Of a stretch of DNA of 64,000 bases, positions 1-13,681 are shown piece by piece (positions within the stretch are counted from its first letter, which is position 1; each line of letters begins with the position of its first letter). The notes beneath the pieces were generated by a model. It was not told where the DNA came from. It did no database searches and saw nothing but the letters and a program-made list of their open reading frames with translations. The DNA comes from Epiperipatus broadwayi (lineage: Eukaryota; Animalia; Onychophora): assembly GCA_028023455.1 (NCBI GenBank), contig JAQFVV010000010.1, positions 992,001 through 1,056,000 of the forward strand, written 5' to 3'. The position numbers and the translations under genes are program-made.

Positions 1-1762
1 AGGGTATGTGGCAAATTATTTCTAATTAGATTTGGAAGGATAAAAAACAGATATGAAGTAAAGACACAAATTTACTTATAACTACAGTATTTACAATCAT
101 TATAATCTATTTCTATATAAATCAAATGCATATACATACATATTCAGGCAGGGATGTACTTGTTTCAGAGAAAAGTCATTTAACTAGGTTAAATTTAACC
201 TACAAGCTCAGATATGGTACCATGAACTACTAATCCCATCTTCACATAATTATTAATACTAATTAATAAGTCAATACATGATTTAATAATAAATTTATAT
301 TAAAGATTGAAAAAGAAAAATTAATACATCTGTTGTCATAGATATAGAAAAGAAATTGCATATCAAAAGATGTATGTTAATTGCTTTTAAATATTAAGCA
401 GTAAAAATTAAAATACAATTGAGAGTAACTTTAAATATTAATCTATGAATATCAAAAAATGTGTGATAATAATTTGAAAATTCAAATGAATTTTATTTAT
501 GTAGTAATCACTTTTAAATGCCCTTTATTTTAAATAAAATAGATCTTAACCAATACTTTCAGAATTCTGATTTTACAACAAGATGACCAGAATAGAATGA
601 AACCATTTGGATATTTGATATACTGAACAGTCACTATTATGTAAAATTCAATGTTCTACCTGGATTACTGTCTTTAGCTCTTTCTCATTATTAGTGGATA
701 TAATAATAGTACATATAAATTGCATATCCATCATGAATAGGTCTACAAAGATCAGTAGAGAGACAACAGGCAATTACTTGTTATTATATCAGCAATGGTT
801 GGTACAGTCAGAAACATTACACTTGAAATTGATAGAAGATGATATTGTTTCAGGTTTTGATGAACAGCACACTAATAACAGGTTTTATCCTTCACAGTGA
901 CACTTTCAATCATAGTATATGTTTTCACATTAGCTTAATCAAGATTTCATGATTCAGCAGTTTTTTTTTTAAATCACTAAGAAATGCTGTTCTAACCAAC
1001 TTAAATTTTTTGAATATCATTAACCAAATTTCTTATCTGGTTGAAGTGAGCTACACATTGGTACTTCTCATTCCGTTTTTTTATCTTATTTCCTAAACCT
1101 TGCCTGCACTGAAGTTACAGTTGCATTTAAAAGAATTTTCTTTGGTTTCCATCTTTCAATTTATATATGATGCTACTCACAATCCATATAATAATTAAGG
1201 TACCCTTGTTGTTGTCTTCTAATTAATTTTAACTAATTACACATTTTAAATATCCAAAATAATATTTCCTCTTTACAGAAAAAAATAAATATAAAAAAAA
1301 GTTTTTGTCTTTACTTTACCTAATTATACTTCATTCTTATTAATATTTTTCCAAATTTAACTTTTTCTTTTCTGTATACATAGAAACACTAGATAAGAAA
1401 TAAATTATTTCTAAATTATCGTAATCAAATATATTTTGGCTAGATAAGATTGAATTCTTTTTAAATTATCGTAATTAAATATATTATCTATTTTTGCTTA
1501 GTCACGTATATAAATTAGATTCATTATTTTTTTCTTTTCTTTTCCTTAAAATAATAAGTATTTTACCAATTAAAAGTTAGGAAAGAAATAGAATTGCAAT
1601 GTTAAAAAATAATTAATTCTGATTTAGATATTTTTATTTATAACTTTAAACCTTAAAATAACTTATGATTATAAATGGAATATCTAAATTCTCCATCTAA
1701 TTAAGACAAAATGATTTATATGTTGTTGTCTTTCCTTAAGATCTGTTTTTATAAACCTTTTT

Positions 1763-1777
1763 AAATGCATTGGAATT
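1763..1777. repeat. Target-site duplication of the L1/Tx1 element (left copy)
   Basis: AAATGCATTGGAATT, identical to 7775-7789 and adjacent to the poly-T tract. Confidence 0.9.
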
Positions 1778-1851
1778 TTTTTTTTTATTAAGAAAAAATT
1801 TACAGTGTCAGGTAGCTACATTTGATAATTATAATAGTTTCATATAGAAGT

Positions 1852-4800
1852 TCAAAGTTTTGCAACCAATTTGTGTGGTATTATCATAACATTTCCTGCA
1901 GTAGTCTGAGATGTCATCTCATCGTCACAAATGATAATCTGTGCCCATGTGTCTACAAAGAGACGCTCTGGCACAAGGAGTCGATCTCTGTTCTTCATGC
2001 TTGTTATTATTGTTTTAAAAGTTATCCAAGGATCACTATGTCCTTGTCTGAAGATATGCTGGCACCTGGTGATCCATAAGGCATGTAGTAGGCATGCCGC
2101 TAGCCTGATAGTTGCATAGTTTCCTTCTTTAATTGCCCGATCAATTGACAGGACATTGCCACAGCCAGAGGAAATGCTTGCGATAATTTTATTTCTAGTG
2201 CAACTCAGGTATGAGCAGGCATAGAAGATGTGCTCCAGTGTTTCTTCATGCATATTACAGAGTTTACACATGGGGCTTAATTGACAAAATCCTCTTTGCA
2301 TCACCAAAAAGTGACTGGTGGGCAAGGAGGACAAGTTAAACTTGATTATAAAATCGACCAGCTTTGGTCCTATGCACCAGTATCTTGACTTCTTGAGCAT
2401 TTGTTTTACAGACAGTCTTAATCGGGTAGATAATGGGTTTTGATTTGGGAAAAGGATTTTGTATACTTCCCAATATGTTTGCTTAGCTTTCTCTAATTGC
2501 TCGGGAACTGAAAATAGAGTCCCCAGTTGTTCTTGCAGTTCTTTGACCCATTTACTGTGTATGGGTGGTGGTGTATCTGTGGGCTCCACAGTGTCTTCAC
2601 TCTGATCCTTTTCTTTTTTATTGTGGATTTTCCTGAGCACTGAAAGAGCTCTTTGAACAAAAAACACCTTGACGGCATGGAGACCAAGTCCATTCAGGTC
2701 ACGTGGTCTCTGCACCTTGGCCAGACTGATGCATACAGTTTTTCTCTTCCACATCATCTTGGTGCAGGCTGAGTTTATAGCATCCTGAAAACCCTTGGTC
2801 GGTTTGATGATGGGCAGGTAGTAGTTTATACGTGGAAACACCATCATATTTAACAATGCCACCTTGCCTGGGAGTGAGAGGGAGATCATTGAGAGAGAGT
2901 TTGTTACCTTCTTGGTTTTGTCCAAAAGATCCTGCTGGATGGCCCTCCTCATCGCTGTTTTGGAGAGGGCAATTGGGAACCCAAGGAATTTCTGTGGATT
3001 TCCTGTATATCTTGATGGTACTGTAACACCCCTACTGATTTTCCAGACAACAGATTTGTCTGGGTTGACAGCCAGATTGAATCTGCTTGCATATCTGTCC
3101 AGCAGTTGGTATAACCTTGGCAGGTATTTCTCAGAAGGGAGGAAAATGGTAACATCATCCACATATGAAATGTGGTGGAGTTCCTCCTTTAGTGCTGGCA
3201 CAAAGACTCCTGGTAGTTCTTTTTCCACATCTTCTAGTAGGGGATTCAGGTAGGTAATGAAACAAAGGGTGCTTAGTGGGGACCCCTGGGGGATTGATAG
3301 ATGTGGTCTGAAACCAGGTGCCAGGGAGCCATCAAGTGATGTGTGAATTGACCTGTTTAGCAACAAGTTAGCAATGATTTTAACATAGACAGTAGGTACT
3401 CCATAGTGCCTTAATATGGATAGTAGTTTTGCTGGCATCATGGAGTCAAAGGCAGCTGCAAAGTCTATCTGAACAGCAACGGGCCCTGATTTTCGATGTG
3501 ATCTTACATGCTCCACCAGCAGCACGAAGCGCTGCACCGCCTCAATGGTGGATGAGCCTTTGCGTGCAAACTGGTGTACAGAGATCCTGGTAAGTAACTG
3601 CTGCTGGATCCTATCCTTAACCAATGATTCAATTGACTTGATGATTAGTGGGGACATTGAGATAGGTCTAATGTTAGATAAACTGGATGGATTGGTGAAT
3701 TTTTTCATGTATGGTACAAGAGCAATTGGATACAGGTCAGGAACACTTTGAAAGTCCCCGGCCAGCATATCAACTACTCTCCGTACTATCGGAGCTGTGA
3801 ATTGGCCAAGGTGCAACAATACAAATCGGGGAATGCCATGTAAACCAGGATGCACATGTTCAGGATAGGATTGAAGCTTCTGGATGATTTGTTCCTCTGT
3901 TATATTGTGTTCACCAACTTCTTGTTTATCATTCCAGATGTTACTGATGTCAAACTTTTGACTTTGGAGTTTTCTCTTGAAGTGAAGTGCTCATGGATCT
4001 TATCTAGCATTGCAGCCCCAGAGTAGTTATGGGTGTCTATGTTGATTAATGATGGGGTAGGTCTTTTTGCAGCACCAATGGCCCATCTCAGGTAGCTCCG
4101 CGTCCAATTTTGTTGTGTTGCCAAATAGATCTTTGCCCTTTTTGTCGCAACATATTGTGCAAGCACCCTCTGTTTCTCCCTGTACTGTTTCTTTAACAAC
4201 ATGATCTCCTCAATTCCAGCATCAATTGATGATAATTCACTGACTCTCTTGCCAATGAAATCCAGCTCCCCAAGCAGCCTGTTTGGGCCTTTGGTTTTTC
4301 GGGTGAAATTGTTTATAAGGGAACTAAGTACCCCTACAAAGACTGAAAAAGCCTCAAGAGGTGACAATGAGAGAAGCTGGATCTTGTGGAAGAGGATATA
4401 AGCTTCCGAGAAGATCCATTCAGGTGTGCTGGCCTTGTTAAGCATTCTTATTGTTTTGATTTGGCATGAGGGGGTTAGTGATATGGGATCCAGTTGAAGG
4501 GAAATCAACATGGCCAGATGATCAGAGAATGGAACAATTTGCAATGAGGCATGTAGCTCATGGTAAAGTTCTGGACTATAATAAAGTAAATCAATTAGGG
4601 TTTTGTGCTGCCGTGTGTAAAATGAGTATGCATTGGTGGGAAAACACCCCTCCCCACACAACAGCACTCTGTTGAGTTTATGCAAATATTTTTGATTAAA
4701 CTGTTGATAGGCCATGTTGAAGTCCCCAAACAAAATGACAGGTGGCACTGCTGATGCAAGAATAGAGTTGATCCTGCCTATTGTGAAGTCGATCTGCCTG

Positions 4801-5147
4801 GTGTCCTTCTGCATGTAGACATAAATTAGAATTAATGACATTCCAGAGATTGTGATTTCTATTATAATTAAATCATTGTTGAGGTATAGAGTTCTGCTTC
4901 TTTCTATGTTCAGTTGTTTATTAATGAGAATAGCAACACCTGAGGTGGCTGTGTTTGATTGGTAGAACTGAAAGACCCCAAACTGATCGAGGATTTGTAT
5001 TATTTTACTGTTGGTATTCAAATGAAGCTTTGTTTCACTCAGGCATACTATATGCATCTGACTATTCTTGAACCATCTTTGCAGAGCATATGCTCTATCC
5101 AAGGAGTTTAATCCTCTGACATTCACACCACCGATGTTAAGTTGCAT
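1852..5147 (-). pseudogene. L1/Tx1 ORF2: apurinic endonuclease + reverse transcriptase + C-terminal Cys/His motif, split by one frameshift
   Basis: APE motifs NVRGLN, CLSETK, GDFN, SDH. RT motifs PGLHGIP, RPIS, IDFAAAFDS, PQGSPLS, YVDD, KFLG. C-terminal CKLC..EETLEHIFYAC. A 5-bp tandem duplication (GAAGT x2, 3979-3988) shifts the frame; removing it gives ...IHEHFKRKLQ...HPGLHG in one ORF. Confidence 0.92.
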
Positions 5148-5394
5148 GATGATGATGTTTTGGCTAGTCTCCTAATCTGCGCATCAATCTTTTTGCGATT
5201 TAATTTGTACCTGAGGTTCTAGTGAGCTTCTGCACTGAGGAGGGTCCATCAAATTGCAGGACATCACTTGTCTCAAGTCCTCTGAGGTAACTTGTGAGTT
5301 TTGCTGGTCCTTGACTGGTCCTCCAATCTGGATATTACAAGGGTGTGTCTGCTGCAGCTCTTCCTGTCGTAATTCTTTGTCTGTGTCTGCCATT

Positions 5395-7579
5395 CTAGAT
5401 TCTCTTTTTATCATACTTTTTCCTTGGACTCCTGGATCTACCACTCACTGGCCGAGCTATTGCTTCCTCAATGTCAGAATCAGACCACAAATTTACAGAC
5501 TCTTCACCTTGAGAGCCAGAGGAGTCCTGTGTTTTCCTCTTGCCTGTGTGATTCATAGGATGGTCTACAGGACTAGGTGCTGTAGCTTTACTTTGACTAC
5601 TGACAGTGGTTATATCTGATATTTCATTTATGAGACACTTGTTCTCTTGGGGTAAAGTGTCTGCCCCTAGCTTGAGCATTGTTTTGCTAGGGCTGTAATC
5701 AACCAACATGAGATTTTCTGGTGTCAGCTTCTTTTCAATTGCATCAATTATGGTATCACTGGGTTCTGTTTGCGGCTTTTGTTTTTCAGCTAGATCATTA
5801 GACCAATTATAATATGTCTGCACAGCCTCATCACCATAGGAAGAGGCTGTGTGCTTCAAGCTATAGGAGGAATCCACACACCGGTGGGCTCTACTATTCC
5901 TGCCCTGACACCTTTGACATATTTTCTTTGGGCAGGCTTTTACTAGATGTGATCTCTCCTGACATATAAAACACTGTGGTTTCACCCCACGAAAGGATAG
6001 ATATAAGGTGCAGTTGGGCTCCTCCAGAACTGAGGGTAAATCAAGTAAAGACACTCCATTCACAAGTTTGATAGTAAAAGCCACAGTGTTTGATGGCAGC
6101 TCTAGTCCTACTCTTCTTTCACCCAAGTATTTGAAGGCAGTGATGTTTCCAAATTTGGCCAAGGGTTTCTGCAGGTTTCCACTGGTGAAGTTCATATAAC
6201 AATTCCTTACTATCCCATGCGCTACTCTTGGCCTAGCCATATCTATTTTGACAAGATACCTTCCATTGAGAAAATTGTGCTCTCACCTGAAAATCTCTTT
6301 CTGAATTATATTCTGGAATTCCACCACAAAGTATCTTCTGTTAGGGTGGTGATACATCCTTTTAATTGCATCAGCTAGCTGCTTTTCTTTTATTAGTGAG
6401 AATAATTGATCAGTTGGAAATTGGAAGAGATTACATTTATTATTTGTAGTAGTCAAAATCAGAGTATGATCATTATTATAGTTTTGAAATGAATTATACA
6501 GAGTCAGAGGTAGCCTGTCATTGAATTCAGTGCTCACTGCTTCATAACTATCAATGTCTATTGGGGCATCTTTTAATTCAGTGTTGTGCACATTGAACTC
6601 ACTGGTCATCATATTTTCCTCCTCATCAAAATCAATAAGAAATCTTCCTGACATTTGATCTTTTGGAGTTTGGTTTTTCATTGTGCTCTCTCCCTTTCCA
6701 GCTGCCATAGCATGGGTTATGGTATTATTTGAGTTGAGAGCACTTGCACTAGATTTTAACTTATCTGCATATGACATGATTTTAGTAGTCATAGAAGTAT
6801 TAGATTTATAGACATTTTGAATATTTGCATTACTATTAAGCCAAGAAAATTGTGTTCTTTTTTGCATTTCGTGCTTTTGAGGTATGGTAGAAAAAGGCTG
6901 AGAATGTGGAGTATTTCTACTGTTCTGCCAAATTTCCCAATCATTCATATTATTTTTAAGTAGATTCCTTCCCCTTTGTAATATTTTTTTAGGCATCAAA
7001 ACCTCTTGAGGATCAAAAATTTCCACTGTTGTATCATGTTTGGCACTTGGGATTATGATTCCAGAGTTTTTTTCCTGAGACTGGCCTTCTTTATTGTAAG
7101 ATCCAGACACTTCCAGTACAGCGCCATCTGTGGTGTCTATTTTTGTGAAATTTTTAGTTCCAACCAGTTCCAATTTTGCATTTATTACTGTGGGCTTATT
7201 TTTGACTTTTGCCTTCTGAGATTTTTGAGTATTGAGCAAATGTTGATCAATAATTGGTATCCTAACTTTGTTTTGAGTTTCTATTAAATTTTTCTGTGAT
7301 ATTTTTATAAGAATCTGGTGTTTTTGTTATGACATTATTTTTGGTTTCATTCTCAATTTTACTCTTTTTATCAGAATTTTTTGTCATTTTATTTAGCATA
7401 GATTTCTGGGGTATATAATCATTGTTGATACTATTTTGGGTTACTTTGACAGGTTTTTTAAGGTTTTCTTTAATTTTACTGTTTGAATTCTGAGTGTTAC
7501 AGCTCATTTTCTTTCTGCTCTGTTTAGACTGAGGCTTCTCCCCAAAATCCATTTTGAACTGTTTATCAAAACGTTTCAC
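5395..7579 (-). pseudogene. L1/Tx1 ORF1 (gag-like, zinc knuckle), broken by a frameshift and an in-frame TGA
   Basis: ORFs 6283-7239 and 5395-6240 share a frame, separated only by TGA (EIFR*EHNFLNGRYLVKIDM). 7262-7579 joins by a frameshift near 7280-7310. CX2CX4HX4C knuckle CFICQERSHLVKAC. Confidence 0.8.
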
Positions 7580-7774
7580 AATGGAAATGAAGTTCTAATA
7601 ATCTAATTTCACTTTTTTAAAGCCTTTAGTCTTCTGAATATTTAAGAAAGGTTCTTACCTTTGCTGTAATCCTAATAAGAGGTCAATTTTTCAACAAATT
7701 CACAGTAAATCCAATACAAATAAAATTACTTGATATGTCCCTTTATTTGCTAATATGCGTCACATAGTGACACC

Positions 7775-7789
7775 AAATGCATTGGAATT
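7775..7789. repeat. Target-site duplication of the L1/Tx1 element (right copy)
   Basis: AAATGCATTGGAATT, identical to 1763-1777. Confidence 0.9.
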
Positions 7790-7989
7790 GTCTTTAATAT
7801 GTTAGCTCAATGTGTAGATTTTATTTAATTTTTATAAAAGTGAAATTAATTCCATCACTTCATTCTTTCTCCTTTCGTTCATATATCAATTTTCTATTGT
7901 GGCCAGGAAGTTGATCATCTTTACTGTAAACAATTGTAGACTATTTTATTTTAAATGAAATATTAACTGTTTATAATAATCTCTTTATT

Positions 7990-8950
7990 CTGTTTTTCTG
8001 GCCAAACCAGTCATTAAGATCATGAATAGATTGTGTAATCAAAGGCACCTGAAAAACAGACATATATATGATGAGATAGTAATAAAAGTTCAATCCTCAA
8101 ACATCTAATCATGTCTTCTTGGCTCCATTTTAGAAATATATTGCAGATAAAGAATGAGTGAAGTAAAAACTTCGATGCAGCATTGTGTGACCTAGCTAAA
8201 CCCTGCCTCGATGGCAATTTTTTGGAGCAAGCTCTCTTTGAACAATCATTGTGGGAAATGGTTTATGACCATTTGAGATAACAACTGTTAGCCATTAATG
8301 ATTTATTCTACTATGAAGCTATTAAGTGGGCGAGAAAGAACTCACAGATTAGTTCTTGACTAAGTCATAGAATTAAAAAAAATATTTTCATGATGCACAA
8401 TCTTCACAGCTACAAAGTCAAGTAAGGAAGTCAATCTACAAAATAAGACAATCTACTATTGGTCACATAGCAAGAGACTGAAAATAAAAGATGATCGATG
8501 CTTAAATTGTTGAATAGCTGGAGACATATCTAAAAGATGTTAGACAGTTTAAAAAGGTAAAATGTGAAATAACTTTATAAAGAATGCAGATATTATAAAT
8601 TCAAATCAATCTTTATATTAACGGTTTAAATTTTTAATGAGCTGGTTACCATGGAGATTTTGCAAAACTGCCTCTACAAATCAAAACAGATCTAAGGACA
8701 TGGTACACAAATGGCAACTCAATTAAATAAGTAAAGATAGTTCAAGTACCTGTCAAAATTAGAAAAAAATAGTTAAACAACTGTTTTCCATTGTCATAGG
8801 CTATAAAAGAATTACATTTTGGAATTGAGGTCTGTATTGTAAAGAATCTCAATGTCAAAAATGACATCTACATAAACAATGTCAATGGACTTAAATCAAA
8901 AAACTGTGAATAGGAAAACTATAGCAGACTGAACTTAAATCTAAATTAGA
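7990..8950 (+). mobile_element. Highly decayed BEL/Pao-like LTR retrotransposon gag-protease relic
   Basis: Translation through stops gives RHIYDEIVIKVQS (DUF1759-like), a knuckle CLNC*IAGDISKRC at 8499-8540, and a weak protease-like stretch (VFHCHRL*KNYILE). Confidence 0.5.
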
Positions 8951-9079
8951 TTTCCAGTTACTACTAAAATTGATTTAAAGAGCTGGCTCTTATAATGTTC
9001 TCAGATTTTTTTCATAAGAATCTATAAAAAATATGAAAATACTTATCATCTTAAATAAATGTTAAAACATTTAAACTGG

Positions 9080-11950
9080 AAAAGGCATACATCAATTTTA
9101 AAATATATTTTTATTCATGCTGATGATACCTTCAATACTTAAAGTAATCTAATCATAGCTTTTTATTGTTGAATTTTTGTTATTATATGTACTTTTTTGC
9201 TTTTTGTGAATATTATATGAAGTTAAATTTTTTATTTTTTATATTTTTTAATCCATGTAAATATTTTCAGAGACACCACTTTTTAGATGGAGGGATGCAA
9301 GATTTTTTTTATAGTCCATTTATCCTTGGAAATTATCCCATGTTACCTTAATTTTTCTCTTACTATCATTTCTCTCAGTGCACACAATGTCTATCTTGGA
9401 GAGATCAAACTTATGGTCTAACCACAGTCATGTTCTAAAAATATTGATGAGTACTCATTACTTCTTTTTGCCTTGTTATACAAGTAGTTGTTTATGCTAG
9501 ACCAGTCTCATGAATAATTTTGCTAATTTCCCATAATAAGCATCTAAGCAATCATTATTTTTGCATTTGATTTTATGGACTATTTGATGAATGGCTTCTT
9601 TGGGTAGTTTATCTTTAGAATTATAATAATTTATTTAAAGAAGGAGGTGATTGGAAACTTATATTTTCTTGCACAAATGTTTTTTAATCTTTGAGCCGCC
9701 CTTGGTATGTATGAAAGGCTAATCCATTTTTTTTTCATTAGAGCTGGATTGTACTGAATTCTTATTTTGTTATAAAATTTTTCTATTGTGGAGTTAAATT
9801 TCTTGATATTATATTTCATGTTTTTAAATCTATGGTGTATGCATATATATTGTTTCTCTGATCTGATTCAAATTTATAGTTTTAAATTTCTGTAGAGAAA
9901 AACCTTTAAGATCTGCATAGTATGGTCCATGGAAGTTGCAATTTGGGATGGATTGTTCCTCTGATATTTATTGATTTTAGAACCATTTTGTAGTTTAAAA
10001 TATTGTTCTGCCTTTGCACACTTATATCCCAAAATTTTATACTTTGTTTCTTATCTTTTTTTTTCCATTGAAATTAAAGATTTTTGTGCTAGTTCTTGCT
10101 GAATTTTGATTATAATATCTTCATCTGCACATATTAATGTGTCATCCATGTATCTTGAGTATAATATAATTGTTGGCAGGGATTCAAACTTTGGTATAAT
10201 TATGTTTTTGATTTTAGCTAGATATAGGCTGCATATAATCTGAAGGAACAGTAGCTCCATCAGATCAGCTATCTATAATTTATTTTGTAATGCTTTTATT
10301 TGTTGTTGTGATAATTTCCTTATTAATTCATTGTAATATTTCCATTATAAATTCTTTTTTATGGTTGTTGTAATTAACTTGTTGCAGCATTTAATAAATC
10401 ACCTCTATTGATTCTGCCCAAGAAACAGACCTATATAGTTCCTTCATATCTAAGGATGCAATTTTATTGTTTATCTTTAAGTTTCTAATTTGGTCCATAA
10501 ATGGTACATCTAATTCTAAAATTCTTATAAAATTATACAAAGCACTGTGTACTACTTTTAATATTTAAATAAAGCTGTAGAGTTGTTGCATGCTGTACCA
10601 TTAAATTAAGCTAAAAATTTTCTGAATAAAAAGGAGTGTGGAAAAATAAGCCACTAATCTTTGGTTACTGATCCTTGACTTTCCTGAACTTCAGCACTGT
10701 TTTTTCTTTTAACCTCAGAACATTTTTAACAGCTTAATCAACTAACTGTTTGCAAGCCTTCAATACTTATTTATAAGTATTATCATCATGGTTTTTTTTT
10801 TCAATAAATTTTTCAAAAGTTGTTCCAACCATTCAAAACCATATCTTTATAAGCAGCAACTACATCAGTAATATTTACAACCTTCCTTAATAAAGATTGT
10901 GAATCTTTGTCTTTGACTGATATAAAACACACATTTTTAAAAACTTTGTTTATAATTTTTATGCCTTCTTCATCATTTACCCTACAAATTATCTTTCTAC
11001 AAATTTCAATGATTTTATCAAATTCAGACTGCTCTATACAAATATTTCTCAATGTTTTTATACTTTTCCATACACTTATGCCAATACCAATAATTATTTT
11101 TATTAACATATATTATTGCTGAATAAGTTCTAGATGGATCCACACAAATTTATCTACAAGTTCAACAGGTGCCTCTCACACACTGGCTGAGTGATCAAGA
11201 AATCTGTCATGAATACCACCTTGCAAATAAGCCCTTGCCAACATTCTTGGATTTGCTTCAACTATATCACTTAGGTATTTCATTGCTTTTGTTTTTACTG
11301 GAACTACAGTTTCATTTCAAAACCCAAAGAATTTGAGATAAATAAATATCAAAACTTTGAGAAAATTGCCTTTTTGAGGCAAGGTATTTTAAGCTTGCAC
11401 TTTCATAATCCAACTTACTCTGATTTTGCCTAATGTTAGAGATGAAACTTCAGGTTTTATCATAGACAAAAGAAATGATTTTCTTCTTTTGTAATTCTGA
11501 AAAGCTTCAGTTGTTTTATCAACTTCTGTAATATCAACTTCTTCCTCCTCTTCACTTTCTTCATCAGAATCTTGCTCTTTATGTTTGTCTTTATGTCTAG
11601 TTTTGTGCTTCTCTCTGCTGCTTCTCCTTTCTTCTTTTTCTTGCTTTTTTCTTTATTTTTTTAAATCTTCTTTAGGATTTTTTGCATTTGATCTTTTGAT
11701 TGATTTTTCTGCTTCTACTGTAGTATCTAGAAATCACTGAGGAATATAAATTTGACAGGTAAAAAAAGAACCATTATAAGTCTGAGCATTATGTGCTAAA
11801 TAATTTACCACTGCATGCTTTATGCTTTGAGTTTTATCATAATCTCCAGATATAGATTTTCCTCTTCTATTTTATCAGATTTTATTCAATAATAGCATCA
11901 ATGAATTTATTATCTGATTGGCTGGATATAGCAGCTTTATATAATCTTGC
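9080..11950 (-). mobile_element. Decayed Penelope-like element (RT + GIY-YIG endonuclease)
   Basis: ASLDMKELY (~10450), LYSRYMDDTLI (~10150), WISLSYIP linker (~9715), GIY-YIG-like IVHKIKCKNNDCLDAYYGK..RLV*HK (~9490-9590), HKFDLSKIDIV..E (~9390). The 5' boundary is uncertain. Confidence 0.8.
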
Positions 11951-12039
11951 AGCAAACAAGGGATGCAATCTGATGAATGATAAGGTGTTAATGTCAAATA
12001 TTGGCTGCAAAAAGCTACTAAATGTATTACATAAAGATA

Positions 12040-12720
12040 ACATCTAGATTTTGGTCACATCTTATAGCCAGAAAAAACAATGGCATGAGAAAATACATTA
12101 ATGATTGAAAAATATTCCACCTAAAAATATATTACATGGCCACTCAATAAAAGATCATGGTAACAGATTTATATTGATTATGCCAGACCTTGGAAGAATC
12201 ATATATTTTTCATGGTGGTAGACACTTGACCCAAATATAAAATAGTAGATAGCACTCATGTAAAGAAAACCATTGGGAAATTTCAAGAAATATTCTTCTG
12301 TCATGGAACCCCAAAATACTTACGTCTGACAATAGAACAGTTTTTACTTTGTCAAAATTTGAAGCTTATATAAAAGAATGTAAAATAAACCATACACACA
12401 CATCACTTTATCACCATGAATTTAATGAACTCACTGAAAAAGCAGACCAATAATTAAAAATAGTTCTACAAAGTATGGATAAAACCAAGATAAACAAAAT
12501 GCTAACTTGTTGAATCAATATTTTACTATAATACACCATTAGCAGCTACTATGAACTTTCCAGTGGAATTACTGTTTGAAAAAATTATTTGAATACAACT
12601 GAACAAAAATCACATCAAGTGAAATCCATAATCAAAAAACCAATTTGGAAGTTGGAGACAGAGTATGGGTTTAAAACAATCTCAACAGAAAATAACAAAA
12701 GTTAATCATCACTAAATGCA
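12040..12720 (+). mobile_element. Ty3/Gypsy integrase relic
   Basis: W*QIYIDYARP..FMVVD, HGTPK..SDNRTVFT..F, HTSLYHHEFNELTEKA (PYHPQSNGLAER-like), then LEVGDRVWV. Contains stops and frameshifts. Confidence 0.85.
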
Positions 12721-13177
12721 TAATCACACTGTTAACAGAAGTAGAACAAAAGCTGGTGTGATATTCCTTAAACATTTAAACAATCTGAGATAGAATTACC
12801 ATGGTAAAACAATAAACACAAATGCAGAGACTAATACAGTGGAAACGAAACTTCAAGAGAATGTGAACAAAGAAACTAAATTAGCTGTAGAATTGCAAGG
12901 AGATGAGGGAAAAGCCAAACAAGCTGTGGAACTCTTGAGATGGTGACCTAGAAGAGATTTGTCCATGAAACTAAGGTGAGGCTAAGTCAAGAGAAAGTCT
13001 GATGGCTCGTACTCTAAGAAACCAAGACCTCCATCAAGATTCAAAAGACTACCAACTCATCTTCAGTATGTTTGATAAAATCTTATCTTCTGGAATGAAA
13101 GAATGACTATTGTATGGTAACATATAATGAGAATAGCAGCCTTAATGCAATCATATATGTATATATTTAATAAGACA

Positions 13178-13681
13178 ATAAAGCCAATTACTCAAGACTT
13201 TAATAGGTTTATAAATTAGAGGATAACAATAAACTTTTAAGCTATCAACAATCACAACCTGCAGTCAAGGTAACCTTCTTAAGTAATAAAGGTGGTACCA
13301 TCTTTATTTATGGTCTGATATATTTATATAGATATTAAAGATTGCAATTTTACCAACAAATGTGAGATGAATAATGCAAAGAAGTTCAAATAAACCTTAT
13401 TAATCAGACAAATATAACCTGTTCTGAAAGCAGATTAATAAATAGTCAATTAAAACTTACAGATTTATAACTTCCAAATTCCATATAAAGTATATATATA
13501 TACTAAGAAAATAAAGCAAACTACTAAAGGCTTTAATAGGTTTATAAATATAGATAACAATCAACCTTTAAGCTATCAACAGTCTCAATCTGTAATCATG
13601 GCAATCTCCATAAACAATAAAAGTGGTAACACTTTTATCTATGGTCTCATATATTTATATAGACAATAAAAATTGCAACTT
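13178..13681. repeat. Diverged direct repeat pair (~170 bp; ~13178-13352 and ~13510-13681)
   Basis: Both copies share CTTTAATAGGTTTATAAAT, TTTAAGCTATCAACA, TATGGTCT and ATATTTATATAGA in the same order. Confidence 0.8.

Larger units (their letters stand above)
1778..7774 (-). mobile_element. Full-length L1/Tx1-like non-LTR retrotransposon (~6.0 kb), mutationally inactivated
   Basis: ORF1 with CCHC knuckle, then ORF2 with APE-RT-Cys domain. AATAAA directly followed by a poly(A) tail (poly-T at ~1778-1786 on +). 15-bp direct repeat AAATGCATTGGAATT on both sides. The 5' end starts with GG. Confidence 0.93.

Noticed and set aside
694-900. 68-aa plus-strand ORF
   Set aside because: GTG start, no motif and no supporting context.
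2832-4675. Plus-strand ORFs over the L1 ORF2
   Set aside because: Antisense shadows of a GC-richer coding region with no independent motifs.
7117-7132. AGATGGCGCTGT shared between L1 ORF1 (minus) and ~34628
   Set aside because: A 12-bp match to a common YY1-like motif; too short to imply a relationship.
12990-13030. CTGATGG...GAAAC as a hammerhead
   Set aside because: The core is imperfect and stems I-III cannot be formed.
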